Assembly (NCBI GenBank): GCA_976551045.1
Contig: CDPCPM010000037.1
Location: 20,088,001 to 20,152,000 of the forward strand
DNA from: Glaucostegus cemiculus
Lineage: Eukaryota
Reading direction: 5' to 3'
Length of the DNA stretch: 64,000 bases
A program made the position numbers and the translations under genes. The notes below the pieces were generated by a model. That model did no database searches and was not told the DNA's origin. It worked only from the letters and a program-made list of their open reading frames with translations. Below are positions 48,889 through 61,420 of the stretch, one piece after another (positions within the stretch are counted from its first letter, which is position 1; each line of letters opens with the position of its first letter).

Positions 48889-51800
48889 ATTCTGCATTCT
48901 GTTATTGCTTTCCCTTGTACTACCTCAAAACACTGTTGTAGCGAAATGATCTGTATGGATGGCATGTAAAACAAAGTTTTTCACTGTACCTCAGTGCATG
49001 TGACAATAATAAACCAATTTACCAATTTAATATTCTCCTTGTACCAAAATATTTTTTTGCCTCATAAGCCGCAAATGGTTCAAACATTACATTTTGCCCT
49101 CTCCTCAATATGACCAAACTCATGTGCTTTTCTCACTGTGACCAAACCTACCATCATTACCTTGCTCTTGCTGCTGAGCAATAGGCAGAGGCTATGATCT
49201 GATTATCATGAAGAATAACATGCTCCGTGGAGCATACTGCACCATACCTTTGTATTCCATGAAGAGCTCCAGGTTCTTATATAGAATCTGGAGTGCCACA
49301 TGGCTGCCTGAAGCATCATGACAACAATAATCTGAGCCAACTCACATATCCATTCTTACTAACTCGGAAAGGAGATACATTTCTTTGCTCTACGAGCAGA
49401 AAGCAACCATGATCTCCTGTAAGCAGTTACGAGCTGCAAACTACAATATGTGGCACTCATCAGCTGTCAATGCCAAGAATGAAACCCAGGATAACAATGA
49501 CAATGATCTTGTACAGAGCTGTACAAGAACCGGTAGGTGGCTGGAGCTCAACCTGCAGATGGCAACAGATTTCTGTCACCCTTGATGTAGAATATCTTGG
49601 CACAGGAATGCATTAATCAGTAGACAGGCGTTTTGCTCCCAAAATCTCTTGGCAAACAGACTATCATGGTTTTTGTTCCTTCCTCCCTTCTCTTCAGCCT
49701 TGGATTTTGGTAGCTTGGTGTATCCACTATTAATACTCTCATAATCCAACTTTAAAAGGTAGCCTTAATCTCAGGATTTAGAAAGCATTGCTTCAAGGCA
49801 ATAGCCTTCAGGCATCTTAACTATGAACTTGTACAAATGACTGCCCAATAAATGTGCAAGTAATTGAAGGTCCCTTTAAATAATTCAACTTCAAACCTGC
49901 TTTCCTTGTGTTGCTCAAATCAAAATTCTATCTGCATATACGTGGATCAATTTTTTTTTTTACAGAGGAAGCATCAGTGGGGACATTCCAGGAAAATTAA
50001 CATCATCCCTGAGTGCATTGTGTGCTTGGACATGTGAATATTAAGTTCACAGATAGTCCTATTGAATGTCTGATTATATACCATGCACGCTATAAAGTCT
50101 TGACCATGCTTAGTGATCGATTTTTATGCTGCAATAAAATCAAGTAGAGCATAAAAAAAATTATGTGTTAAGTGACTGTATTTCCAGGCCATTAGGTCAG
50201 AATGAATGGATTGAAAACTTATTTAACAAAATCAGAGTTTGGAATTCAAATCACACCAAATGAACTACTAACAAAATAAGTAAAATAGAGAAATACTGTA
50301 TATACATGCAAATAATTCAAACTTCTAAACTGATTCAAATGTTTAACTTCTGCCCACCTGAAGATGAAAGCAATTGAATCTGTTTTGCAGTATCATTCTC
50401 AGAGAAAGCCTTGTGTGTTAAGCCTGAAGTCAGTTTCAAATCCCTTGTGGAATCTTAATAATTTAGTAAATTAAGTCCATTCTTAAAAATTGGATTCAGC
50501 AACATAACTATCCAAAGGACATTCAAACAGAATTCTGTGGCCAAGACAAAATGTTTATTTATTCTATGACCCATGATTCTGCTGCTATTTTAACATATAT
50601 TCTTTACCAGGAACATTGTTTTGTTTTATATATATAATGCAGAAAGGCACATACACACGTAAAAAGCCTGTTTTTTCCATTAGTAACAGACTTCTTCCTT
50701 GGCTTACATAACAGGAAATAGTGGGCAACTACCTATTATTTCCTAACCATTTTAATGCATGGAAAACAGTGAACAATGTACCAATAATTTCTTGCAATGT
50801 GCAGGCCATTTACTGACCATTTACTAATATCACCATCTTCACAAAGAAAGAACAAAGTCTTAATGTCTCATTGTACTATTAGGAAAAAAATGAACAATTC
50901 TCAGGCCAATATAGTATGTCTTGATCTTTCTCATAGTTGACCCTTAAAGCTGCAGCATATTGTGACTCAAAACAGCCATGTGGTGTTACTATCTTCAGTG
51001 TGTTAAAGGCTGGGCATCATTCCAGAGTTAGTTTCTCACTGTGATAGGACATGCAGTTAAGATGTTAGCGTGGCTTTGTTCTTTGACCTCAGAAGCAAAA
51101 GCATTCAATTTGGAGTACAATCAGGACATTACACTGTACATGCTACTCGCCAAATTGTCATCAGCAGTTCTCACTGATCTAATTGCGCATAAACATTTGG
51201 CATTCTCTTTGCTTAGCTGTGGTACAAGAAAGGAAGGTAAAGGGTCTGCAAACAATTGTGAAATCAATAGCAATTGGGTGGAGTTTGTGTTGAATGCATC
51301 TCGAACAAAGAGCAAACTAGATGTTTACAAATAAAACAGTAGACAAAACCTCAGCCCCTTCTTGCTGTTCAATATGTCCACGCACAGCTTGGAATACTAA
51401 TCAAGTGATTCATTTACTAAATATAACTTGCAGTTTTTAACAACATCTTATTCAAGGGAATTTTATTAACTTGATATAAAAGGGAAATATATGCCATAAA
51501 GACAAATATATAATGCTTTTCAAATTAGATTCATAAATTACTGTAAAGAAATCAGGTTACTACCCATTTAACTGGGTAGGAGCTCCAATCAAGTAGTATC
51601 CAAAGAATCCAAAGATTTTTTTTTAATGAAGGTATCAAATGCCTGCTGTTAATATTCATAGGGTTTAACTTCAAAGCGATTGTGTTCAAGACTAAATGCA
51701 GCTCCCATGGAAAATAATAATGTTGGAAACAAAAACTTAAGCTTAGAAGGTTTTTCCTAAGAAGCAGTCAAAATCATCCAAGTAAGAAATGCAGCAGTTG

Positions 51801-53089
51801 CATGGGTCTGGTCACATAACATATGGCATTAGCAGTGACTTAAATGTGTCATTATGGTTTTTTTTACTTTAGATGGAAATCTTTGAAATTTTACGGCAGA
51901 TGAATATGGCACACAAATAAAAATTAAACTTACCTCAGATAACATCCCCCATAAAAATAATTAACAGCGAAGCTTTGATACAATAAATCTCAAATTATCA
52001 TAAGCTGGAAATATGTATGTAAAGTAAAATGCATTCAAGCAACCAAATACTATATTAATGTTTCAGATCAGGGATGAATTTCTAGGCAACATTATGTTCA
52101 TTGCTCATTAAATTCAAAAATTCTTTGAAGTGACAGAATAAGATCACTAATTTTACTGAAAGAAAAGCTAAGGTAACATATGGCCCTGCATTTGATAAAC
52201 AAGGTAATAAACCACACAATAAGTGCTACATCTTAGCTCCATTTTGTAAATTGCCATCAGTCCATGCCTGCTTTTTAATGAAAGTGTTACAAACTAAATA
52301 ATTGCTGTGTTGCAACTCATGCTAAAAGACACAGCGGGCATCCGGTATAATTGAAAGTTATGTCACAGACATTTAACACTTCCAATCCAATGAAACATGT
52401 TATTAGAAAGGTAGCAAGTATGCTATCAACAGTTTGGATAAAGGAATCAGTCGGATAAAGGAATCGACAAAATAGTGAGACCACACAAAAAACATATTTA
52501 ATTTTATGTGACTCAAACTTGTATATTTTGGGATTCACAATCAGAGTTATACCTTACTACAATCATCTACCAGTCAGCTCTGTATTCAACACCCTACTCT
52601 TCAGTTGATCATCTATGGATCAAATTATAATTGATGAGTAATTAACATGTTTAACAGTTAGTAGAGAAAAAGGAATGGGGGAAAGAACTATTGGATTTGA
52701 GGGTTCACTCTGTTTTCTCCAAACTTGCTACATGACACCCATGCACTTTGGTAAACCCAAATGTTACAATGACTTGTTTTCAGCAGCTGTTAACTCCTAC
52801 AAGTTTTAATATTGATTTTTCCCTTGTCTTCATTTATACACAATTAAATGCATGTATTTGGAGTGCTGACATCCTTTGCTTGGGTGTTACGGATGCCATA
52901 TGAGAAACAGAATGACACTGATGGCACAGTGGGACTTTTGCAGCAAGTGATGTCTGATGCCACTATGGGGAGAACGTTAGCACTCACTTATACTAAGCTT
53001 TGAATGGGGGGATAAAAAGGCTGCTCATGATTTTTTTTGATTCAATAAAAGTGCTACCATTCTGCCAAAATTGCCAAATTCTTCTTCTA

Positions 53090-53360
53090 CCTCAGGATCA
53101 AGGATGACTCAGGATTTATGGGGTTTGTAGGTGGCTGAGACCAGTTTTGAAACTGCAGACTCTCCACAGATGGGGTGGGACATGGCTGACAGGCAGACTG
53201 GTGGGGAGTTTGCACTCTTCTGCTGCTTAGACAGGTCTTCTAAGTTTTCCCTGTGCATGACAATGCTGAATGCTCCTTCTATACTTTGAACAGTCAGAGG
53301 CCAGAGTTTCCCAGCAATAGTCCTCTTTTAACCCAATGTAGGTGAAACTCAGCAGCAGGG
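53090..53360 (-). mobile_element. RTE LINE 3' end relic
   Basis: ctcaggatcaaggatgact...gaaactgcagactctccacagatggg parallels 11525-11625. Confidence 0.6.
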
Positions 53361-53442
53361 AAGACCCACCTATGCAGAAAACATTCCCTAACACTAGCAC
53401 AATTAAAAGCATCAAACACTTAAAGGTTTGCTGATAGTTATC

Positions 53443-53660
53443 AAAAAGCAAAACACTATAGGTGCCAGAAATCTGAAATAAAAATCCTAGAAATATTCAG
53501 CAGTTAGTTTTCAGTCGATGAAGTTTCATGAGGAATAGGAAACGTTAGAAAACAACCATGTTTAAAGCTGGAGAGAAGGGGTGGCTGGAGAGATCAAAAG
53601 GAATGGCTGTGGTAGGCCAGATCAAGAGGGAATGAGTGACAAAGGGAGTATTGATGCCAG
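53443..53660 (-). repeat. Older Penelope-type repeat with purine-rich extension
   Basis: aaaagcaaaacactataggtgccagaaatctgaaataaaa...gaaatattcagcag arm followed by a GA-rich tract. Confidence 0.5.
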
Positions 53661-53799
53661 CTGAGAGAGGGCAGTGAAGGATTGCTAAATGCACCTGATG
53701 TGACTGGGAGGAGGATGATCACTTCTGGCTACGTTTCAAGTGCTTGATCCATTCTTGAGTCGCAGAAGTCTGTAGGGAGCAGCATGATATGAGCTGAAG

Positions 53800-54140
53800 G
53801 AGACATAAGAAACTGCAGATGCTGGAATCAGAAGCATTAAACAAATCTGTTGGAGGAATTCAGCAGGTCAAGCAGCATCAGTGGGGGGGGGGGGGAGGGA
53901 ATGGTCAACGTTTTGGGTTGAAACCCTGCATCAGGACTAAAAGTAGAGAGGGGGAGCAGTGAGACAAGGGACAGAGGTGATTGGTTAACCAAAGGGTAGT
54001 GAAGGATGATGGGCCAATTGAGCCTGGTAGGGGAGTGGAGAGAGGCGGAGTTGAAAGGCAGGTGGATGATAGATGGAGGCAGACAAAGAAAACAGAGACG
54101 GGGAGGAGAGGGGGAAAATGGAGACAGCTGGGTGGGTGTT
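53800..54140 (-). mobile_element. Penelope-type terminal repeat with a decayed hammerhead (53902-53939) and pyrimidine-rich upstream tract
   Basis: Arm aactgcagatgctggaatc...tggaggaattcagcaggtcaagcagcatc; minus-strand core UAGUC-CUGAUGC-AGGGUUUCAACCC-AAA-ACGU-U-GACCA. Confidence 0.7.
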
Positions 54141-55841
54141 AAGTAGGAACACAATGGCACCAGTGCTGGAATCTGATGAGTGAGGCGATGTCCTATGTGT
54201 TGAAGGATATTGGTTTGCTTCAGGATTCCACACAAATCAGATGCATCCAGTTGTGAGTACATTAGAAGACATTCCCGTTTCAATATAGCATGACAGTGAA
54301 AATAAGCAAAGGGCATGCAAGTAAGGCAAGCCTTGAAAGAGGAAAGATAATGAGGATGAGAGGGATTCATAGGAGGGGCCTGATTCTGTCAGGATACTGA
54401 GGGATCAATTCTCCTTTCTGAACATCCGTGATCAGTGTGTGATACATCTGTTCTCCTAAGAATGTTGCCATTGAAAGTACTCAACTACTTCAGTTGCACT
54501 GACAATTTCAGAGAAGTAAAAGGAGTGTATTGCCCATGACTTTCAAGGTGACCATGTCATGAACATAAGAAACAGAAGTAGTAGCCCATATAGATTCGCT
54601 ACCATTCAATAAGCATGTACGTATCCAAGTATCACCTCCATTTTCTTGCCTGTTCTTCCCAACACACAATTCCCAAGATGACTAAGGCAATTTCATGTCA
54701 ATTTCATGTCAATTTCCTTCCAAGCTGTAGATGAGTATATTTGAAACATTTTAGCGTTTGCTGACAGCCTACATTAGGGAGATCACTGAACTCTTCATTC
54801 AAAGGGAGCCAACTACATATCTTGTCAGAGACTGGCAGATGGAGAAACATATGGCTTTGTTAAGATTGCAAGGTTTCCTATGAACCAGTGAGCTGCGATT
54901 TGAAGCATATTGTCGCACAGGCCTACAGTTCAAGTCCATACCAGAACTGAAAGCGATTCTGCTCCCTCAGTGCTGTTTATAGGCAGAAAAACATGTAGGT
55001 GGATATCCAGCATCTTGGCTGCAGTCCATTTGTCATTGTTCCAGCTGTCTTTTCAACCTATGGATGAAAGAATGGTGGCCATTAGGCAACAGGGTCTGTT
55101 CCCCAGAATTGTGGCTCAAAACTGCAACCCAAACCGTGTGGGTGACATACAATGAAAGGCACGTAACTTGGTGAGCCTCTGGCATTCTGAAACAATGCAT
55201 CAGCTACCTTATCACTCTGGATGAGCCTTGTAGTTCTCAGAAGAGTGGATGTTAAGATTCATGGTAGTCCTTTGGCAGCTTGCATGCTGCATTTTACTTT
55301 CCTCGTGTCACTGACCTTCATAAGTTCTGCTTGATATCAATGCGAAAAGTTACCACAAAGTAAATACTTAAGTCCAAATTTATGAATTAGATGGCCTTCT
55401 GTGCACCATTACCTTCCCTAATTCTCCAAGGCAATGCTATCCAAACAGTACTGATGGAAGATAGCTGCTTTTCACTGCAGAGACTCCAGCTGACCTTGGA
55501 GGATACTCCTGCACAGTGAACATTGTTATTTTTCTGGCTGGTTCCAAAAGCATCAGGCATTTTGTGCTCCATACCTGTCAGAACATTTCTACTTCCATAC
55601 TGTCAAGTCATCATCTGAGCCTGCTGCAGTAGAACTTGTGTACAATCTTATTCTCTAGCCAGCCGGCAATTGTACTACCTTTTCCTCTTGCCTGGCTGTA
55701 CCTCAGCACAAGCAGATCTTGCCTCTTTGTTTTCCTTAAAATTAAAGTTTCCAAGCTGATGAATGCCAGTGTGAAATCAACTGATGGTGTGTCTTCATCT
55801 CTGTGTTTCTCACTGACAACATCATCTCCCCAAAGGAGATG

Positions 55842-55893
55842 TGTTACAGATTAGGTTGCTATTTGGTGAACGTCACTTTAAGATATAGTACAG

Positions 55894-55943
<50 letters not shown>

Positions 55944-56563
55944 TCATTATGACAACAGCAGAAGATAATGACATACTGACTTTTTGGTTCAGTCAGAAAA
56001 GAGAGAGAGGAAGAGTAAGGCATTGCATGCTGGTCTCTGTATCGATGGATGAAAAGCAATACCTGTGTCTGTCACTACAATGGATTTTTGGAAATAATCC
56101 AGTGGAGTCCACTTTGTCGTTAACCTGTGGAAGAAAACAGGTATTTCTGTGGACGGTCACGTCTCAAATGCCTTTCAGGGTGGCAGATACTTTGGAACAA
56201 AGCAGTGAAGATCATCAGTGATGGAAGTGTGGTATGGGTTCCATTATGGAACATTTGGATTTTATAATTTCTCTCTATTCTCTCTCTACATTTTCTCTTC
56301 AGTCAACGGTGGTTTTGTAAAAGCCTTTGCTCACGTTTCACCTTATGGCTTGTTGAACTGAACTTTGAGAACTATTCCTGAACTTGGAGTTTGGGAATTT
56401 GCCACACACACACTTCAGGTGTAGTTTTGGGGGTTAATGTTCAATGTCTAACATTTTTTCTTCTTTTTCTTTTCCTTTCTTATTATCATAAGTAGTTATA
56501 AATAAAATAGTTTCTAACACTTATACATGACTCAATGTGTTTCTCTTGTGCTGGTACGTAACA
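55842..56563 (+). mobile_element. Solo LTR, 722 bp (Gypsy/Ty3- or ERV-type)
   Basis: Termini TGTTAC...GTAACA (6-bp inverted repeat, TG...CA); perfect 4-bp TSD GATG at 55838-55841 and 56564-56567; AATAAA at 56501-56506. Confidence 0.88.
55896..55942. repeat. (GT)n microsatellite, about 23 units, inside the solo LTR
   Basis: Directly visible perfect dinucleotide run. Confidence 0.98.
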
Positions 56564-59394
56564 GATGACATAGATATACCAAGCTTTCTCCAGACAGCTT
56601 TGGTTGTGTGCCATAACTCACACATCAGAGTAAGCCACATAGTTGTGAATTTCTGTGTGACTGATGTTTCTGTACTCCTTGGAATACTCACAGTTTGAGA
56701 GATGTGGGCACAAGGCTTGCAGCAATGCTGGTGCTAGGAATGTAAAGAAATTAGTCCTGATTGACAGAGATTAGCAGATTAAACAAAATCTGAAGCAATG
56801 CATATAATGCTTGGATATGCTTTGAAGATGCTCAAATATTGAAATCATTGAAAATAAGGCCACTGAACTTTTAACAGTTCTGCATTCAGGCCCTTGGGAC
56901 TGGCTCCTGGTCCTGAGTTCCATGGCTAACTGGATCCTCTGCTTTTCAGCATGCACCTGCAGCTCCTCCAAGCCCCCTGCAGATAAAATCTTTTATTTTC
57001 CTTTCTGTTTCCTCCCCTATGCCAGTCCATCAGCCACAAGCCTTGCTCTATCCCATGTTGTATAATTTTTGTCTCATTTTCCAGGTCAATCTCAATCGTA
57101 AAGTGCCTCCCAATACTTCCCCTTTAAGAGATGACAATTGCCTTTAAGCAATTCAGGTTAGCCTACCAACTATAGTAGGCACCTGCTGAAATGTCCAACT
57201 AATTAATGGCATGGTCAGCATCAGCTTGACCTTCCAATCATTATAATTCGCAGTTAACATGGCGCTGGTGTGCTGATTGCACTACATTGTATAGACGTGG
57301 CTTTACAGGGCACTGTGGCCTTTATTTTGAGGACTAAAGTATTATATTCTATCACATTTAAGCCATTATTTCCAAAATCTTCAATTCAAATTATTAAATG
57401 TCAAATCACTTCTCTCCCGAGGTTACAGTTCAAGTCTACAGTGCTACTCTTTAACACCAGAGAACCTTAATCCAGGAAAAACACAAACTAAATTCTGTAT
57501 TTCAGTAGAACCTTTGGTGCTTTGCTACATGAAAAATCTTCTCAAGAATTCCAGTTTTCTTTGTTGCCACTGGAGAAAGAATCATTTTGACACATAAATC
57601 CTCTTTTACAATCACTCCCCAGATAGTATTTGTGAAGAATGTATGAGCCATTGAAATATTACACTCACAACCTTGAAAATAACAAATAGACTTTTTGTGC
57701 TATTTGGCAGCCCTTCCTAAATTTCTTGTTTTAAATTATACAGTAGTGTATGTTCCCTACTTTACTGAAGGATAATAGCAACAAAATCTATCTTTACAGA
57801 AATTGTCTTTTTCAATTTGGTCCTTAAACATTTTTCCCATAGTGTTTAGTTTCTGCAATTTATTTAAAGGGTCTTGCTTCAAGGTTAAAACCCCACGTCA
57901 CTAATCCAGAAGATTGGACATTGTAACATTAATATAATCTTTTTATGTGCACCATGCTGACATTACTTAATCATTTTTCTTTAAAAGAATTTTCCAACCA
58001 AATTGCACAACGTAGCAGTCCATTTTTATTTTGTTCCCTTTCCTCATGACTTTCACCTTGTAATTAGGCTTAAAACTCTAATTACGTGGGTCTGATTTAT
58101 AACTTAATGGGTTATAACTGCTTCCAGCACTTAGCATTTTTATCTTAACCTGCCTAGCCTATTTCTCATTCTTTTGCATATTTATCCTGAGTCGTAATGC
58201 ACCGAGAATAGAGGGACAACATATTCAGGGGAAAACTATTTTTAGTCTTTGCCTAGGATACTACATCAGTAACAGCTGGATTCATTTTATGAATATTCTA
58301 TGGGCCCTATGGCTTTTATTACTATTAATTTGGTAATTACTTTTGACAGTGAAGTTGAACAGCCTGGATCACAAGCAACTTTTCAAAATCAATATCATGT
58401 AAGGCAAGATTAAAAGGAAATACCATTTTGATTATGTAAATAAATGTTCACAATACAGAAAATACAGTTTTATTCATAACAAAAAAATCAATTAAAGCAA
58501 TTATTAAAAAAAGTCCAAAAATATTATTTCAATCTTAAATGTGGGACCTTTTAATTTGCCTGTGAATTAATTTACAATTACCCTGAGATTCTTGAGAAAA
58601 TGGAGGATTCCCAAAGAGGTTCACAGCATCTTCATTTTTTACATCTACATCAATTCTTTTAATCAAATAGCTTTTTTTTGCCTCAGTGTTTTCCAGTGTC
58701 AAGATGAATAGCCTCCTGGTCTTAAGAGTGGAATTCAGCAAAAACATACAAAAGCAAAGTGCCCTCTGGCAATAACATATTCAGCTATAACATGTCTTGA
58801 TGGTGAAACATGAGCAAGAAATAGGAAGTCGGTCTGCCTTATCCCAAGATTATGTTGAAGTGAACCCACCAACATTCTCCTGCTCCTCCTTTTAAATTTA
58901 CATAAAGATTGCAAGATCTGCTCCATTACCATACAATTCAAGTAGGCTCATAGATCTTGTAACCTCTTTTACAATATACTGATCTTCCTATCCATTTCTG
59001 ACACAATGCAATCTGTTCTTTGACAGGGGTCTTCCATTAGACCTTCATTCCTCCACATCTGCTAGAAGCACACCACAGCATCTTGAAGCTTTTAGTCTTC
59101 AGCTCAAATAATGAAAGCAATGACAGTGAATCACTCTCCTACATGCATTGAAATAACAATCATGAAGAATTTCATACTTAAAGAGCCAAGTTACTTAACT
59201 CCTTTTTGTAAATCAAATGATTGGCAAATTTTGCACTGACAGGAGATTAACAGCCTATTGTGTGTGTGTGTATAATATATATATATATATTAATGTATAT
59301 TAGTCAGACAAACAGCTGCTTAGAGTTTAATGTCATTCAATACATGGGGTCTATTCATGAATGCACATATTCCTCCTCCACTTACTGTACATCA

Positions 59395-60578
59395 CCCATG
59401 CTCTGGACCACAGGAACACGTATGTTAGGCTGTTGTTCATGGACTACAGATCAGCATTCAGCACCATCATCCTCTCAAAATTTATCATCCATTCCCACGA
59501 CCTGGGCCTCCATACCTCCCTCTGCAATCGGATCCTTGACTTCTTCACTTGGGAGACCACAATCAGTATGGATCAGAAACCTCATCTCGTCCTCACTGAG
59601 CATCAACACAGGCATACCACAGGGCTCTGTGCTTAGCCCCCTGCTCTACACCTATGATTGTGTGGCTAAGCTTAGCTCCAAAGCCATTTACAAATTTGCC
59701 AGTGACAGCACTGTTGTTGGCAGAATCATGGATGGCGATGAGGAGGCGTACAAGAGTCAGATAGGTCAGCTAGTTCAGTGGCGTCATAACAGCAACCTCA
59801 TGCTCAACTTCAGCAAAACCAAGGAACCAAATATGGACTTTCAGAGAGGAAGTCAAGTAACTACACATGAATCCTCATTAAAGGCTCTGCGGTGGAAAGG
59901 TGAGAAGCTTCAAGTTCCTGGATGACAATATCTCGGAAGATATATCCTGGGCCCTGCACATAGACGCAACCATAAAGAAGGTGTGCCAACATCTCCACTT
60001 GTTTAGAAGTTTAAGGAGATTCAGTATGTTATTGAAGACTCTGACAAACTTCAACAGATACACAGTGGAAAGCATTCTGATTGGTTGCATCACGGCTTAG
60101 TGTGGAAATAGCAATGTACAGGAACGCAAGAGGCTACTGAGAGTGGTGGACTCAGCCAGTTCCAGCATGGGTACAGCTTTCCCCACCATCAAGGACATCT
60201 ACAAGAGGAGATGTCACCATCATTAAGGACCCCCGCCATCTGGGCTATGCTCTCTTCTTGATGCTGCCATCAGGCAGGAGGTACAGGAGCCTGAAAACCC
60301 ACACCTCTAGGTTCAACAACAGCTTCTTCCCCCACTATCATCAGATCCTTGAACCAATCTGAAAAACCCAAACACTACCTCAGACTATATTTCTGTTTAC
60401 TTCCTCTCAACTTGTACTAATGTCATTATGTTTATTTTGTCATCTATGTATAACTTATGTTAATTTAAGTTTGTTTACTTACACTTGTAATGTACTGTGT
60501 TGCTGCTGCAAAAAATTAATTTTCATGGCATTTATACCCTACATATGTATGCTTATGACATTAAACTTGAACTTGACT
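59395..60578 (+). mobile_element. 5'-truncated Rex1/Babar-type LINE, frameshifted RT through the 3' tail
   Basis: NTYVRLLFMDYRSAFSTII...LCNRILDF, NTGIPQGSVLSPLLY, KFASDSTVVGRI, SFKFL..NISEDISW, VESILIGCITA; tail tgacattaaacttgaacttga. Confidence 0.92.
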
Positions 60579-61124
60579 CAAGTATGCTTTGGTGAGAAAC
60601 TCAACACAGAATAGAGATGGTACCCCAGAAATTCTACAACTTTTATTCATTAGGATCTTAACAAAATTCACAAAATTGCTCTAGAGCCTCTGCCCGTAAG
60701 GTGAACTAATGGATGAAAGGGCCTGAACAAGTGCAGTTCACAATGAGACATTCAGGAAATACCATCACATGCATGAACTGTGGACATTATGGGCCATTCA
60801 AACAAAAACAGACCTTCATAACAACGGATCTGATGTCTGCTTCAACACTGCTTCAAGGAGAGCTTGTGGAATTCAGATGTAGTTAAATGTGCATTATGAA
60901 CTGCTCCTTTTCTGAGGCTTCCTCAACTCTAACATCCTCCACTTTCTGCACTGCCCATCAACATTTAGCCAATTGCTAAATTGGTAACCACAGAATGAGG
61001 ACTTCTCCATGATTTAGGTAACATAGACACAAGTCTACTTTTGTATTAGCAATTTCATGATGCTAAATAGAAATATTTTTCAAACAAAAAAGCACTGGTA
61101 CTTTCAATACAAGCAATAAAGTCC

Positions 61125-61420
61125 ACAGAATCACAGAATACAGCAGAAAGAACAGCAATTTTTCCAATCGAAGCCACACCAGTTCTCTGCAACAGCAATC
61201 CAGCTAGTCTCACTTCCCTGCTCTCACCCTGTTATTCTGTTCCCTCCAACTATTTACTTGGTTCCCCTTTGAATTAAATCTGCTTTCATTGCCCCCACTG
61301 TCAGTGCATTTCAGACCCTACAATTTTTCCTCATGTTCCTTTCATTCCTTTTCCCTATCGCCTTCATTCCATGTCCTTTGGTTCTTGACCATTCAACCAG
61401 CAATCAGCCATTTCACACTG
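61125..61420 (-). mobile_element. Old CR1 3' end
   Basis: cacagaatcacagaatacagcagaaag tail repeat in reverse, followed by an antisense ORF2-end-like tract. Confidence 0.55.

Larger units (their letters stand above)
48610..49028 (+). mobile_element. Rex1/Babar-type 3' UTR interrupted by the element at 48748-48888
   Basis: Collinear with 47717-47972 (cccactgttataagac, ttgcacattat, tgtgacacttta, tttttcactgtacc, gtgacaataataaaccaattt). Confidence 0.8.

Noticed and set aside
49507-49528. 10-bp inverted repeat with a 2-nt spacer
   Set aside because: Isolated, with no supporting context
51925-51990. Perfect minus-strand donor GAG|GTAAGT at 51934
   Set aside because: No convincing acceptor or promoter context; within chance expectation on its own
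53837-54370. 177-aa minus-strand ORF
   Set aside because: Reads through the pyrimidine-rich Penelope-type repeat; low-complexity S/P/L product
52436-54716. Short tandem duplications (ggataaaggaatc x2 near 52436; caatttcatgt x2.5 near 54688)
   Set aside because: Ordinary slippage duplications
55859-56221. ORFs with HT or CV repeats
   Set aside because: Translations of the (GT)n microsatellite
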